Shown here: positions 1 to 11,899 of the stretch, piece by piece
Layout of the letters: each line of letters opens with the position of its first letter
How positions within the stretch are numbered: the first letter of the stretch is position 1
From: Isurus oxyrinchus
Taxonomy: Eukaryota
Reading direction: 5' to 3'
DNA: 64,000 nucleotides
Assembly: GCA_026770705.1 (NCBI GenBank)
Contig: JANJGN010000041.1
Coordinates: 5,394,001 to 5,458,000 of the forward strand
The notes under the pieces: generated by a model
What the model was told of the DNA's origin: nothing
Databases searched by the model: none
Seen by the model: the letters and a program-made list of their open reading frames with translations, nothing else
Program-made: the position numbers and the translations under genes

Positions 1-480
1 TAGTGTAGAAAAGGGTGATGGAGGTATAGAAATCAGGGACGGGGACGGTCATGCACATGAACAACTTAAGATTGCAAGCGAGGAGATATTGGTTATTATA
101 GCAGACTTTGAAGTAGATATATCCCCAGATCTTGATGTGTTGTTTTCCAGGCTACTGTGCAAGGCAAGGAAGGAGAACATAATTTTCTTCTCCGCCGATG
201 CTGCCAGACCTGCTGAGTTTTTCCAGGTAATTCTGTTTTTGTTTAGGAGAACATAAGTTCCCTGAAATTAATTTCAAAATCCAGCTTCGCCACAGGGGGG
301 TCCCAGATGACTGAATGGCAGCGAATGGGGTATCATTATTCAAAATAAGTGCCGATAAACAAGGGATCTCTCAGCTACAGAATGTAAAATCAGTGGTGTA
401 TGGGGAAAAAAAACAGTCGGAGAGGCTTAACCTCCCGTTGGAGAAAGTTATTAATGAGGGATAGTCAGTATTATTAATCT
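1..480 (+). mobile_element. CR1-clade LINE ORF2 fragment (endonuclease-RT linker)
   Basis: Degenerate 'SPDLD..SRLLCKARKEI' equivalent of CR1 'SPGPDGIYPRLL.EA.EEI'; paralog of 29563-29975. Confidence 0.8.
183..244 (+). mobile_element. 62-bp young retroposed insertion (Penelope-like-element tail) with 12-bp target-site duplication
   Basis: AGGAGAACATAA at 171-182 and 245-256 flanks TTTTCTTCTCCGCCGATGCTGCCAGACCTGCTGAGTTTTTCCAGGTAATTCTGTTTTTGTTT; the paralogous site near 29735 is empty. Confidence 0.85.
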
Positions 481-2200
481 TCTTTGCTATTGACCATTTT
501 TGCAGCTAGTCTAAATATTCTGGTTCAATTAATTCGTAGAAGGTCTCTTGCAGAATTTTGATCCCGTTTGTAAACTTTATTTCCAAGAACTAGATCCAGC
601 AGGGTCTCATTTCTCTTGGAAGCGGAAACACACTGCTGTAGAAATGTTTTTGAGCAAAATTCAGGAACTGTTACCATCACTGTCTGCTTGAGAGAAATTT
701 GACTCCCTCATTTTAAGTTTTCTACAATGTTTGCAACTCACTGTGATGTCCTTGCCAAATTCTTACAACACATCATTCCCACTTACTGGTGACCTATAGA
801 CCACACCAAGAAATTTAATCAGATCTATTTTGTTTCTTAGCTCTAGACAAATAGCTGGTGCCCTTACCCATTTGAGTTATCCTCTGTCTACTGCACAGCA
901 GCACTCTCTTTAAACAGTTCCACCAATCCTCTCCATTTCTTGCTTAACTAAATTTCCCGAATATTTTGAATCCAGGAGTATTCCAGAGACAGTGCAGACC
1001 TTCATTCAACCAGGTCCTTTTTGCCCACCAAATGATATTTCCACACTGAAACCTGCTTGTGTAATTCACCAAACTTAGTTACCACAGCCTGAACATTCAC
1101 ACTAAAATACAATAGCCCACAATTAGACTTTATTACTTTCTAATTAACGTGGCCATACCTATTAATGTTCTGTTCCATTCAGAAGTGCCATATATCCCTC
1201 ACAATTTTCTGTAGACATTGTCATTTATCTATGGTACTGTTTATTGGTTCCCATTCACAATTCACGTTAATTCAAATGCTCCACAGTTACACAGCTAGAA
1301 CGTCCAAAAGAAGCTCTATGTTGGTGCAAATATACCGGCCTATGCGGAACCCTTCTCTTCCAGAGCCAGCCTCAATGTCATAACAATCTAAAACCCTGTC
1401 TCAACTTGCATATTCCTCGAAACACATTCATTTTTTTGATCCGTCAATTTTGATACTTCCTTGCACGTGACACTTGGAGTAATCTAGAGATTAAAATACT
1501 TGAACCCCTGGTTGCGAAATTCCAACCAGGAACCCTAAATGCAAACTGCTGGGCCACAGCACTCCTCCTACCGACGGCATTGGAACCATTGTATTTTCTG
1601 TTGTTGAGAACTTCCCTTTCAGAATGCATTTGTAGCCGAACACAGACAGCGATCTTGGCGCCTAGGAGGGAACACAACTCCCTGGACTGAAAGTGCCACA
1701 CTAATGCTTGCCTACTTCCTATCGTTGGAAACAACCAACACTAATGCTCTTCAATGCTTCATTTTGAACCCCCTTTATAGATATGCAATCAATTATGCCA
1801 TAACCCTACCTCCTGTTGCGCTTCTCAGAGAAACCAGATTGTCATTAGTATTCCATTCTGAAACCTCCTTCTGGAATATGTGGCAAGCAGACTGCCTGCA
1901 ACTTACCTTTCCTTATTTGAATGGTGGATGGACATCTATTCTCAATGTCAACGCATAGACATAAGCTGGAAGGTGACTACATCTATCAATGCAAAGCCCA
2001 CAAATCTGTCAAAATCTGGATTAAGTGTATTGATGCCAGCTGCCGATGAACTTCCAAAACCCAGAGCTCGATATGTTGCCTTCGATGGCACTTCCTGCAG
2101 AAATTATTATCCAGAACGCAGGAGACATTTTGGAGTCCCACATTTCACATAACGTACACTCCATCAGTTGGAGAATTTGTCATTCTTCCGTGTCTTCATT
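480..2200 (-). mobile_element. CR1-clade LINE 5' part (ORF1 esterase/zinc finger plus start of endonuclease), decayed
   Basis: Resembles reverse-strand CR1 ORF1/endonuclease segments typical of elasmobranchs (e.g. GGAGGGAACACAACTCCCTGGAC, TCCCACATTTCACA); many stops. Confidence 0.6.
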
Positions 2201-2429
2201 AAGCTTACTGATGCAAATAAACCAACACAACACAAATAAAACTTCCTAATACTATTAGAGCTGTGTGCTATGAATTCAGCTTACAGAAACTGCTAAATAG
2301 GGATGATTCTTAAGACACCTTACTTATTAGGCGCAGAGTTTATTCACTAGTTACTCATTGTTAATAAATAATAGTTTTACTGCTTTGAGGCTGCAACTTA
2401 TGTTGGGTTGAGTCCGTAAATTTGAAATC

Positions 2430-3200
2430 TCATCGGCCACAACTTACTCATGCTCTTCAATTTCCCACCTTGCGTTTTGCCTCTGAACATTCGCTCTACA
2501 TAATTGCTAGTCAATGACCATCTCCAAGTAGGGAGCACCTCATTATCCCCACCTGGAATTCCGCAATGTTACAGTCAGTGAATCGCCAAATATCAACATC
2601 CTGGTGGTTACCATTGAACTGCACACACCACATAAATACTGTGGAATTAAAGCCAGTGCAGAAGTTGGTAATCTCAAGAGAGTAACTCACAAAGCTGGTC
2701 CAAGATTTACAAAGAGCAAGTTAGGATTATCTTGGTATAACCTCCACTTGCCTACATGACTACAGCTCCAACAACACTCAAGAAGCTGTATGCCATCCAG
2801 GACAAAGAATCCCTCTTCATTGGTACCATATGCACCACTTTTAGAATTCACCCCCTCATTCACAAAAGCACAATGTCATCAGTTTTTTCATCAACAATCT
2901 GCACATCGTCAACTCACGAAGTGTCCTTCCAACCCCTCGGCCGTGAATACGCAAAAGCCCATGAACAGCAGCTACATGAGAACAGCACCGTGAGGAAGAC
3001 CACACCAAAGCCGCTCACCATCCAGACCTGGAAAAACATTGTCGCCTCATCATTGCTCGTGGCTAAAGTCATGGAATCCCAACAGCACTTAGAGTACACT
3101 TACACCACATGGACTGTGGCCGTATAAGAAAGCAGCCACAGTTGGGCAGTTAAATGTTGGTCTAGCTAGCGATTTGCATGTCCATGATAGAATAATTAAA
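2430..3200 (+). mobile_element. L2/Crack-type (CR1 group) LINE, RT C-terminus and 3' tail
   Basis: ORF 2756 'TAPTTLKKLYAIQDKESLFIGT..RIHPLIHK..' matches the 'SAAPTTLKKLDTIQDKAARLIG..IHSLHHRR' type RT end; same family on the minus strand at 45505-46815. Confidence 0.8.
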
Positions 3201-3229
3201 CATAGTGCCCCAGTCGACATTCTCAGAGA

Positions 3230-3570
3230 AGCACCATCAATGTACTTTATAGAGAAAAAATGATTCTCTCTAGTAACCACATGCAGGGCAGTCGCAGCAC
3301 GGAGGTCCATACAGAGAAAATCTCCCTGTAACATTTTTCCAATGAACACTCCCAGGAGGCGTAAAGCATTGGGAGAGTCACAGAGCAAAGCTCCCCCTGC
3401 ACTGCCCCCAATAATCAATCCCAGGAAATTAATGGCACGGGCTAAATGTAACTCAGATCTCTCTCTATACTTCCCAAATACTCACCAAGAGGACAGTTGA
3501 AGCATTGGGTTTGATACCGAGTGAAGCACCCTCTACAAAGTCCCCATCAAAAACTTTCAGGAGAGGGCAG
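3230..3570 (+). repeat. Degenerate tandem repeat, ~65-70 bp unit, ~5 copies
   Basis: Recurring CAGAG(N)AAAGCTCCC..CACTGTCCCC..AACACTCCCAGG motif at ~3310, 3380, 3450 and 3517. Confidence 0.55.
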
Positions 3571-3893
3571 CGTCCCTGACAAAAGGTCCTGCTGTAGCTG
3601 CATCTCAGCGGGAGTTGCAAAGCATTTTAATGCAGTGTTGTTTGGCAGGGGAAGAGATGGTGAGTTACTGGAGAATAGTACCTCCTAGTAATGCTGGTAT
3701 AATGAATGGAGTCACATTACCTTCGGGTGGAGTCTGGACGGAGTCATTCTTAAGGCACCACACATACATGGCAGTATCACGGGTATGGAAGTAGTTATTA
3801 GCAATTGTCAGTTCATGTATGTTCATACAAGTCTCGACGGCACCTTCAGTAGTCACCTAATAAGACTTTACCACATCCCAGCAGCTAAATGAA

Positions 3894-6800
3894 TTATGCT
3901 AGAATCTCAAACTAGCTGGCATAACTCCACGGATTCCAATGGTGTGACCGGTCATAACTTGTCAACATTGCTGGTGAAGTTAGAGATAGTTTCACAAAAT
4001 GAAAACAGAAGACACAAGTCAAATATGCTAAGGTTGAAGCTTCCTTTGAGATTTAGAGGGCGAAGGACTGCAACTGAGCATGTGGATGTCCAATGCCAGG
4101 CTGGTCAAAAGTGCGTAAGTGCAGAATCGAGGAACATGCGCTTATCACAAAAACACAGTGCAAATTCGCACACAAAAAGATGAAATGAAACAGGATGATA
4201 GATATATCCATTTTAGGGGAAACCACTTTGATGAGGAGAAAGACCTGAGTGAGGCAGAATCCAGAGACCTGGCCAAATCACTAAAGGCTGAGCAAAATAC
4301 AAAATGAAGTGTTAGGTTTGTTTTAAAGTAGGCGGCAAACTCAGGGCTTAGCACATCAAGGCGGCAGATGGAGGAAAGCTGCAGCAACAGCTGGCAAAAT
4401 TCAACCAGGTCGCGCAGCTGAAGTGAACCTAAGTTTTATTTATACAATTAATGCAGTTAACTTAAATGACAGGCAGAGTGGAAAGAAACCTGAAGCATTA
4501 GATTAAAAATAAATCGTCCTTTCTTTTGAACCCTTGGTTCTTACTTTAAAAAAATGAATGTTGGGTTAACAGGCCTAACGTTTTGAACACAAATGCAAAT
4601 GTCACAGAGCAATACCGTCAAATACTAAACAGTGAGGGAATTCACAGCTGGATTACTAACAGCTGCAAAGCCATCCTGACCTGAAATGGACAAAAAAATG
4701 GATGCGGCACAGAGAGCCTTAAATGTGCAACAACATTTAAAATAATTAAATTGGGAAATGAAAAATAAATGGCCATGGATCGGTCATTCCAACAGAGCCC
4801 CATGTTTGCTTCTGCAAGGGCTGAAGGGATATATTTCTTTATTTAAATTATTGGATAAATCAGGATTAAGCACAATATCTGGAGACGTCCGGGCCTGTCC
4901 GACCTGAACTTGCACGCCCAGTTGTCCCAATGTAGTAGATTGATAAATTCTCATCCACCTTCAAAGCAACATTAAATGCCGTTCAAGAATCTGTGAAACA
5001 TCAAGTTCACTACTCTGTAGTGATTACAAGTTGCTTTGAACACCCTTAGCAAATTGCAAAACGGCGAATTTACGTTTTTGAACACGTTATATGAGGCACC
5101 AGGAAAGTCAAAAGTTCCTTGAACTCCCAGGAATCTGTCTTTATGGGAAGCCTGATGCATGAATCCTAATTTATTTCCCTTTCAAAGACACATTATTGCT
5201 TCCAGGATTGTACAAGCAGCCACAGGGTAATGAATAAAAATAGCGATGTGGAATGTGGAGGAGAAGAAACAACAAAAAAAAACACATTGCTTGTCTCAAA
5301 GCTGATCTGGATAATTGGAAGTGTCAGATTCAGGCTGCGCATGTAGATTTAAAAAAGCACTGCACAACGCAGTATTAAATGAGGCAGAAATTTCGAGGCT
5401 TGAAGAAACAGAATTTCAGGTAAAGCAAAGCAAGCAGGGGATATAAGCATCCTAAGTTCCACAGCTGACAAATCAAATTGAGAGTTAGAAAATGTCATCC
5501 ATATATACAGCCAGTCAAAACAATAGGGAGTAAACAGATTCACAAACCTGCAAGATTGAAAGGGTCTCTGCAGGATGAACCTATATTCGTCATCAAAATC
5601 ATCAAAAAACAAGATGGTGAATATTATTTGAGGGCAGAAGTACTGCATTGGAACTATCAGTAAAATCAAAGGAATGTACTGAAGCTCAGGGTGCGTTGGC
5701 ATTAGTTGGCCAAGAAAATAAAGAGTCGGAACAGAGCTGATTATCCAGCTTGTTCAAAAAGCAAAAATGAGGTCATTACTCCTCAGCAGCATGAATGCAA
5801 TAAAATCTCTCCTGCACAGCAGAAGGGAAGAAGAGCAGAGTTAAATCGAGGAGCCCCTGCTGAATAAAAGGAAAGTGACGATGAAGCAATTATAACTTCA
5901 GAGCGCAAAGGAAAGCCTAGTGAAGAGTCTTGATACATTACAGATGTCCCTGAGGCCAAGTCATGTTTTTAGGTTAAACGCCGAAGGGAAGCAGTATGAA
6001 TTTTAAATGAGTCTGAACATGAAAACAAAAACAGAATTACCTGGAAAAACTCAGCAGGTCTGGCAGCATCGGCGGAGAAGAAAAAAACGCAGTTTGCAGG
6101 GAAGACTTCACAATTTTTAATATTATAGAAATAAGTTTAATCTGCTAGAAAAAAAGACAGAAAAGGGAATGAAACAACTGACATTGAAAAGAAAAGTCCA
6201 AGCTCTTTCCAAAGCTGAGAGCAGGTATTGAATTTATGAGAAGCACGTTTGGAGAACTGAAATAATTTAATCTTTCACCGGAGACAGGCCTAGCCAACAG
6301 TGAAACCCACATGAAGGGCAAGGACAAAGCTCTCCTGCAGGCAGAGAGGGGAAGGGGCAGTGGCAAAATGGCAATGTCGCTGCATTGGCAACCCAGGGAC
6401 CCAGACTACTGCTCTGGGGACATGGAGGCAACATCCATCATGGCTGCTCTAGGCATTAGAATTCAACTCTTAAAGATGCAAGTGAAAGCTAGCCCCAGTG
6501 GTGGGCACCACCAAAATATCATCGATTATCATAAAATCCCATCACTTCACGAATCTAAGTTAAAGATGGAAACTGCCATTCCAAATTATTTTGACCGACA
6601 AATGACTCCAGAAACACAGCAATGCAGCCGACTCTAAACAGCTCTCAGCAGTCACCTAGCAAGATCAGATCAACAGCAATTCCGTATGGGCAAATAAATG
6701 CCAGTTTCCAGCTACGCCCACACCCTGTGGAAGAATCAGGAAGAAGAGAGATTGAAAAAACATTGTAATTTGAGAATCTGATACTGGATCTCAAGAGACA

Positions 6801-7774
6801 AGGAGGAAAAATCACTGGATTCCTCAAACGGACTGAGAGGCATTTAGTTGTTAAAAATAACTTGCTCAAATGGAAATCAAGAAGCGGGAACATGAACAAA
6901 ATGGTGAGCAGGTGCAAGGAGAAGTCAACTTTCTCACAGAATAGCGCGAGGCTTCTCATCTAAAAATAGGATAAGTAAGCATATAGAATGTGGCACTCAC
7001 GAAAAAAACGCTGCTAAGCGAAAAGTGGTCAGTGTAGAGAACTGACTTTGACGTACAGAGGCTGTGCTTGCTGAGATGTTGGATCTTCAAAATGAAAATA
7101 CACGAAAAAGTTTCCAACCGCCATCCAATGTGAAGAAGTTGGAGAATGTGATGCGTCATATGGGAGAGGGAAGCTAGACTTTGAAGACTCGAACAAGCAG
7201 TTTCAGGATTTAACGAACAGTCAGTGGGCATGTAAAAAACCTGAAAGGAACTGAATGCACATGTCAACGTAACCCTGTATAAAGATTTCACTGATAAATC
7301 TGAAGGAAAAGCAGCTCAACTTCCAGACCAATTGCTGCGCTACAGGAAAATGTTCAGATGTGTGCAAAAAGATTTGAAAGGAAAAGAGCAATCACAACTT
7401 TGGCTGATGTTGCAAAACAAGTGGAAATTAATGTTCTGTTTGTAAAACAACAACATCCAGCTAGATCATGGGGGAGCCAGCGGAAATAGAAAATCCCAGT
7501 CCACTCCAGAATTAGCTCGGAGTGCATATTCCCCTCAAAAGAATGGCACAAACACACGATGCCCGAGCAGATCAAATGGGATGTTGTTAATCAAAAAGGG
7601 AACTCAAAGGAGCACAAAAATCCAATCAAGTGGAGAGAAACAAGTGCGAGAAATGCGGAGCATCACAATCACAATTTCAAACTGAAAACATCAGCCCGAA
7701 GAAGCTACTTAAACCATTCACCAACACCGAACACACAAGAATGTGAAAGAATTGTCAAATATCCAGACACCTGA
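3894..7774 (+). pseudogene. UACA-like: UACA-like (N-Ank family: UACA/RAI14/ANKRD24/35) coiled-coil pseudogene lacking ankyrin repeats, copy A
   Basis: Frame-shifted translation follows the UACA C-terminal region in order: 'ILSSTADKSN*ELENV' ~ 'TLNDTLAKTNRELLDV'; 'SLDTLQMSLRP..QYEF*MSLNMKTQFAGKT' ~ 'ELDTIQECIK..ERKFKATEKELKDQLSEQT'; 'IAALQENVQMCAKRFERKRAITTLADV' ~ 'ITELQRRIQESAKQIEAKDNKITELLNDV'. Many stops and frameshifts. Confidence 0.7.
6023..6084 (-). mobile_element. 62-bp insertion identical to 183-244, opposite orientation
   Basis: Exact reverse complement of 183-244; the paralogous site near 32530 (ATGAAAACGCAATTTGC) lacks it. Confidence 0.85.
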
Positions 7775-7854
7775 ATTCATGATGTAATAGTGTTAGCCAG
7801 GTGCGCAAGGGTTGGGAGTGGAGAGGGGGGAGTGGGGGTGCTGTGGGGGTTTGA

Positions 7855-10800
7855 TGCTGGGCGGCAGAATTGGTGTCGGAAAAATTTAGCAAACAATGGT
7901 TTTATTTTAAATAACTATAGTCAGATGGAAGGGAGGATTGGTCGCTTTTAAATGATGGGCCTATTTTATCAGGTAGCAGCATGGCCATTGTAATGGAAAG
8001 GTTTTCGTCAGAGCAAGATTGAATGTGGTTTGGGGAATAGTGCCGCGAATGGTATGATGCATAGGTTTACATGAATGTAGAATTAGAAGCAAAGTATGAA
8101 GCAACTATTAAAGTCGTTGAACCCATGCATGTGGAACAGCGGATATGTACATTGTTATGGGTTAACAATTAATAGTTCATGTTTAAAATTGCAAGTCAGG
8201 AGACCTCTCAGTGGGAGATCAAAGGAACATTTTCAACAATTCCCAGGGCAGGGCAGGAGGCTACGCTGTCCAAACAAACACCGCCATGATATGTATAGCA
8301 TATGGTTATATATAGATTAATGCCGCTTCTAAGCCGCCGAATCACATAATCCAAAAACTAATATTTCACATGTTTTGATGCAGAGAAATTTCCAACTACA
8401 GACAGCAAACACTCTAAGGGAAGGTACAACAATAGATGATATATAGAACCAATCCGCCTATTCAATGTGCCCATCATACCCATCTCAGCGCTGGTACAGC
8501 AAAGTTTAGATACTGACAACTCTCTGTCAGCAATGCCCCCGTGGAGCATTCCAATGGGTATTATAGCAATGGCTTAGATAGACAGCAGGTCTTTCCCAGT
8601 TAAACCTTCCAACAGCTGGTTAAATACGGGGCTTGATGCATATGTCTATTTATTCATGGCAGGCATATCCCACTAATAGTATTTCACACTTGGCCGAAAC
8701 ATCTGCCAATGTTCTCCTAGGTGTGTTTTCCCAGATATGGCATCCCAATTGCCGATAAGCCTGAGCTGTTTTCGAGTAGCATTTCTTTTCCTTAAGCCTT
8801 GTATTTTCTAACTAACTTGCAGCCAAAGCAGCCTGGCCTGCTGCCACAGTGCTGTGCGTAATTGGATGTGACTGTTGCTGCTCTTTTAGATGCTTCCGTT
8901 CACTGAATTTATGAGAAGGAAAAAGGAACAAAGACACTTCTCTTAGGTTCTGGGTTGTTATGTCAGGTGTGTCATGACTGGAGGTAATGAAGCGAATAAT
9001 AATTAATCTGTGTGGATATTATTTGTATCTTCGTTTGTCTACGTGTGTGTGTGTGTGTGCGTTTTAGTGCAAGTGTATGTTTGTGTGTATGTTTNNNNNN
9101 NNNNNNNNNNNNNNNNNNNNNNNNNNNNNNNNNNNNNNNNNNNNNNNNNNNNNNNNNNNNNNNNNNNNNNNNNNNNNNNNNNNNNNNNNNNNNNNNNNNN
9201 NNNNNNNNNNNNNNNNNNNNNNNNNNNNNNNNNNNNNNNNNNNNNNNNNCTGAACTTCAATTTGGTAGAGGAGCCTCAGCACTATGAAAACGGAATAGTT
9301 TAATCAGTCATATTAAAGGAAAGCGCAATGTAGAGTACATGTTTCAAGTTATAAGTTTTGAACTGAACATTCTGGCCAAAAATCAAAACCTGAGCATGTT
9401 TATGAGCACGTGGGACTTTTAACCTACATACAAATTCACCCACGGGGAAATGGAGTGTATTTTAATGTTTCACAGTTTAACTTGGAACTTTGATACAGAT
9501 GATTCTCAGTTGAATTTATCCTGGTCAGAAACCTCTTTAAACCGTTGAAGAACTCAGGTTTGGCTCCTGACAAAGTTGCCAAAGGAGGAAAATAATTTTT
9601 ATGGACATTTGTAAACATTTGGCATTAATTTAAAATGCTTTAAGTTTCTGTGCAGAAATAATATTTTAAAATGTACCTGTAGAAGATTGAAAATGTCAGT
9701 TCGGCCTTACAATAAAAAGATAAGCCTAAAGCCTGGAATAATTTTGACAAAAATCCAATTTGGACAGTTCAAATAGAACTATGTTAAATGTTAAAAAGAA
9801 CTATGAAAATTCAAATTGCAGACTCTTTCTTTCAAATCAGGTAAAAGCAGCGAACAGCGATACATTAATCCTGTCTTCAAGGAGAAAACGCTTATACACG
9901 AGAGATATCAGGTGAGAAATGCATTACAAAAAGCTGAAAGGCTTAAAAATAATAGAAATTGGATATATAGTTTAGGCACAACTGAAGAAAAGCTAATGGA
10001 ACACTTTAATAAAGCAAGTTTCACTTATGATTGGGGAAGAGTTTTTCGAAATCCGATGAAGTGAAGCAATTGTGTGCAAAGTTATTTCCGCTCCCACAAC
10101 CAAACCCCACAACCACCAAACGCGCAGTGGAGTTAATCAGGTTGTGCTTACTGCTGCTTCCGTTTTACTTCATGATATAACCTTCGGATTTCCAGATTTA
10201 TATTGGCGCTCATGAGATTTCAAGTTTCCAAATTCACAGACGCGAGTGAACATATCAACCCATTGAACTGTGGGTCATAGGCATGTTGGATGGCTTGCGT
10301 TTGTGAACAAAGAGTTTTGTGAATTAAAGATAGAGCAAGTAGTCATATTGGTCCAGCGAACTGGCCTCACCAGATCAGGCTGCTTGTTGCTATTAGTTAT
10401 CTTTCGAGACAGAGTGCTGGAGAACGGGACTTCTGAGCAAACACACCGAACAATGAAAATGGGATTTCTCAACATCAGCTTTGAAAACCAGCAAGCCTGA
10501 AAACAATTGTTTCTGAAAGCGAAATTCATAAAGGAAACTGGACATCAGCTTCTATTCACCATTTCAAAGGGAAATGTACCTGACGTTTAAGGGGATAAAC
10601 AAATTCCAACTTTCAAAAGAAGAACGCTAGTCGGAAACAGTTCAGGCGGCTCCTTGAAAAAAACATGTTTTTTTTGGAAGAAATAAATTGAACACTAAAT
10701 TCAACATGGAGCAACATTAAAAATCGGACACAGCTAAAAGGTTACTTCTGTCAAACCAAAATTATACCTGAAGAAAGAACAAACAGGGCAAAACATGCTA

Positions 10801-10880
10801 ATAACTGGAGTCAAGCGTTTGATTCCAATTTCAAAGATATTATCAAAAATTTTCCTTTTCAGCGCATTCGACCATGACTC
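7855..10880 (+). pseudogene. Decayed multi-exon gene: two CCCH zinc-finger-like motifs, low-complexity region, OB/cold-shock-like segment (copy A)
   Basis: Combining copies A and B gives 'LCQRNVANKCFIGNNY..' and 'SSSMAIV-CKGFQ..KGxCRFGExCREW'. Acceptor/donor-like sites at 8720/8754, 8822 and 8889/8968. The segment after the gap reads 'HVGLLTY..GVYFNVSQF..IYPGQKPL*TVEE'. Confidence 0.4.
9040..9249. other. (GT)n microsatellite running into an assembly gap (N at 9095-9249)
   Basis: Directly visible. Confidence 0.98.
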
Positions 10881-11104
10881 AGTGCTAATGGCGCTCTAAT
10901 TTGAAAACAAAATGCAGAACAATCATCACAAAATCGGTCAAACCTTCTCTGTCAGGCTTCAAGGCCATGCTGCCACCATTGTATTACTCAGGGGTGCAAA
11001 ATAAACTGGTAGTTTTGACAGATCAAAAATGACTTGCGGTCGCCCAGGACACAGTTTGAAGAAAATTACATGCTATCATCATGCCATTACAAGCCAACAA
11101 GCTA

Positions 11105-11480
11105 TTACGAAATGATATTCAGAGGTCTGTTAAATCCTGCCATCTTGTTATTGCATTGAGAATACTGCCTTTTCCGGTGCATTTTAAAACATAAGCATTA
11201 ACCGAGCCCTCCAGTTTCTTGTCCTTCTTAATGTGAAAAACATCAAACTCCATCACTTTCAGCAGTTCAGCCTCTGCTTCAGTCTTTCCCTCCATCCCTG
11301 CCTCCACATTCTCTTGTTGTTCTGAAACGTGACCTTTCTGTTTCGAAGAATTGTGAGCTGACCTCGAGGTACACCTGCCACGTTCCCGGTCTCGATCTTA
11401 TGACCTTGAGCGGCCATGTCACCTGGCTCCCCTCACTTTGCCCTAGAATATTTCCCCAGGCCTCATGAACGAGGTGAGGT
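11105..11480 (-). pseudogene. SNRNP27: Processed pseudogene of U4/U6.U5 tri-snRNP 27 kDa protein, copy A
   Basis: 'HGRSRS*DRDRERGR..MEGKTEAEAELLKVMEFDVFHIKKDKKLEGSVNAYVL' vs SNRNP27 'RSRSRERDRRR..LEGKTEEEIEMMKLMGF.SFDSTKGKKVDGSVNAYAI'; no introns, frameshifted. Confidence 0.88.
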
Positions 11481-11899
11481 ATTTAGTATTGCAACTGTAT
11501 GAGGATCCGAGGAAAGGATTGAGGGTAAGATCTAGAAGTAGGGTAAAAAGGCAAACCTCAGTTGTGAATTGACAGAACTCACCTCCGGTGTCGTTCAATG
11601 TAACACATCAATTTCGTGTCCATGTACGTTCTAATCAATGTAAAGAGTAGATTAAGGGAATAACGTTAGATTGTTATCTTTGATATAAGTTTCTCTTTGC
11701 CTACAAGCTTTTTATGAGAATTGAAATTGATCATTTGGCCGCCGGTTGAGACATTGGGACCGTAGAGGAGTAGAAAAACAAAGAGCTTGAGATAACTACC
11801 CCCCTTTTATCGTTTTGGAAGTTACCTGGAAAAAACAGAATGAATTATTGATTGGCGCATCCTTTTAAACATATGAAATCCCAAATTGAAGTTGATTGG

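Noticed and set aside
9010-9303. ORFs spanning 9010-9303
   Set aside because: Artefacts of the N gap and GT microsatellite.
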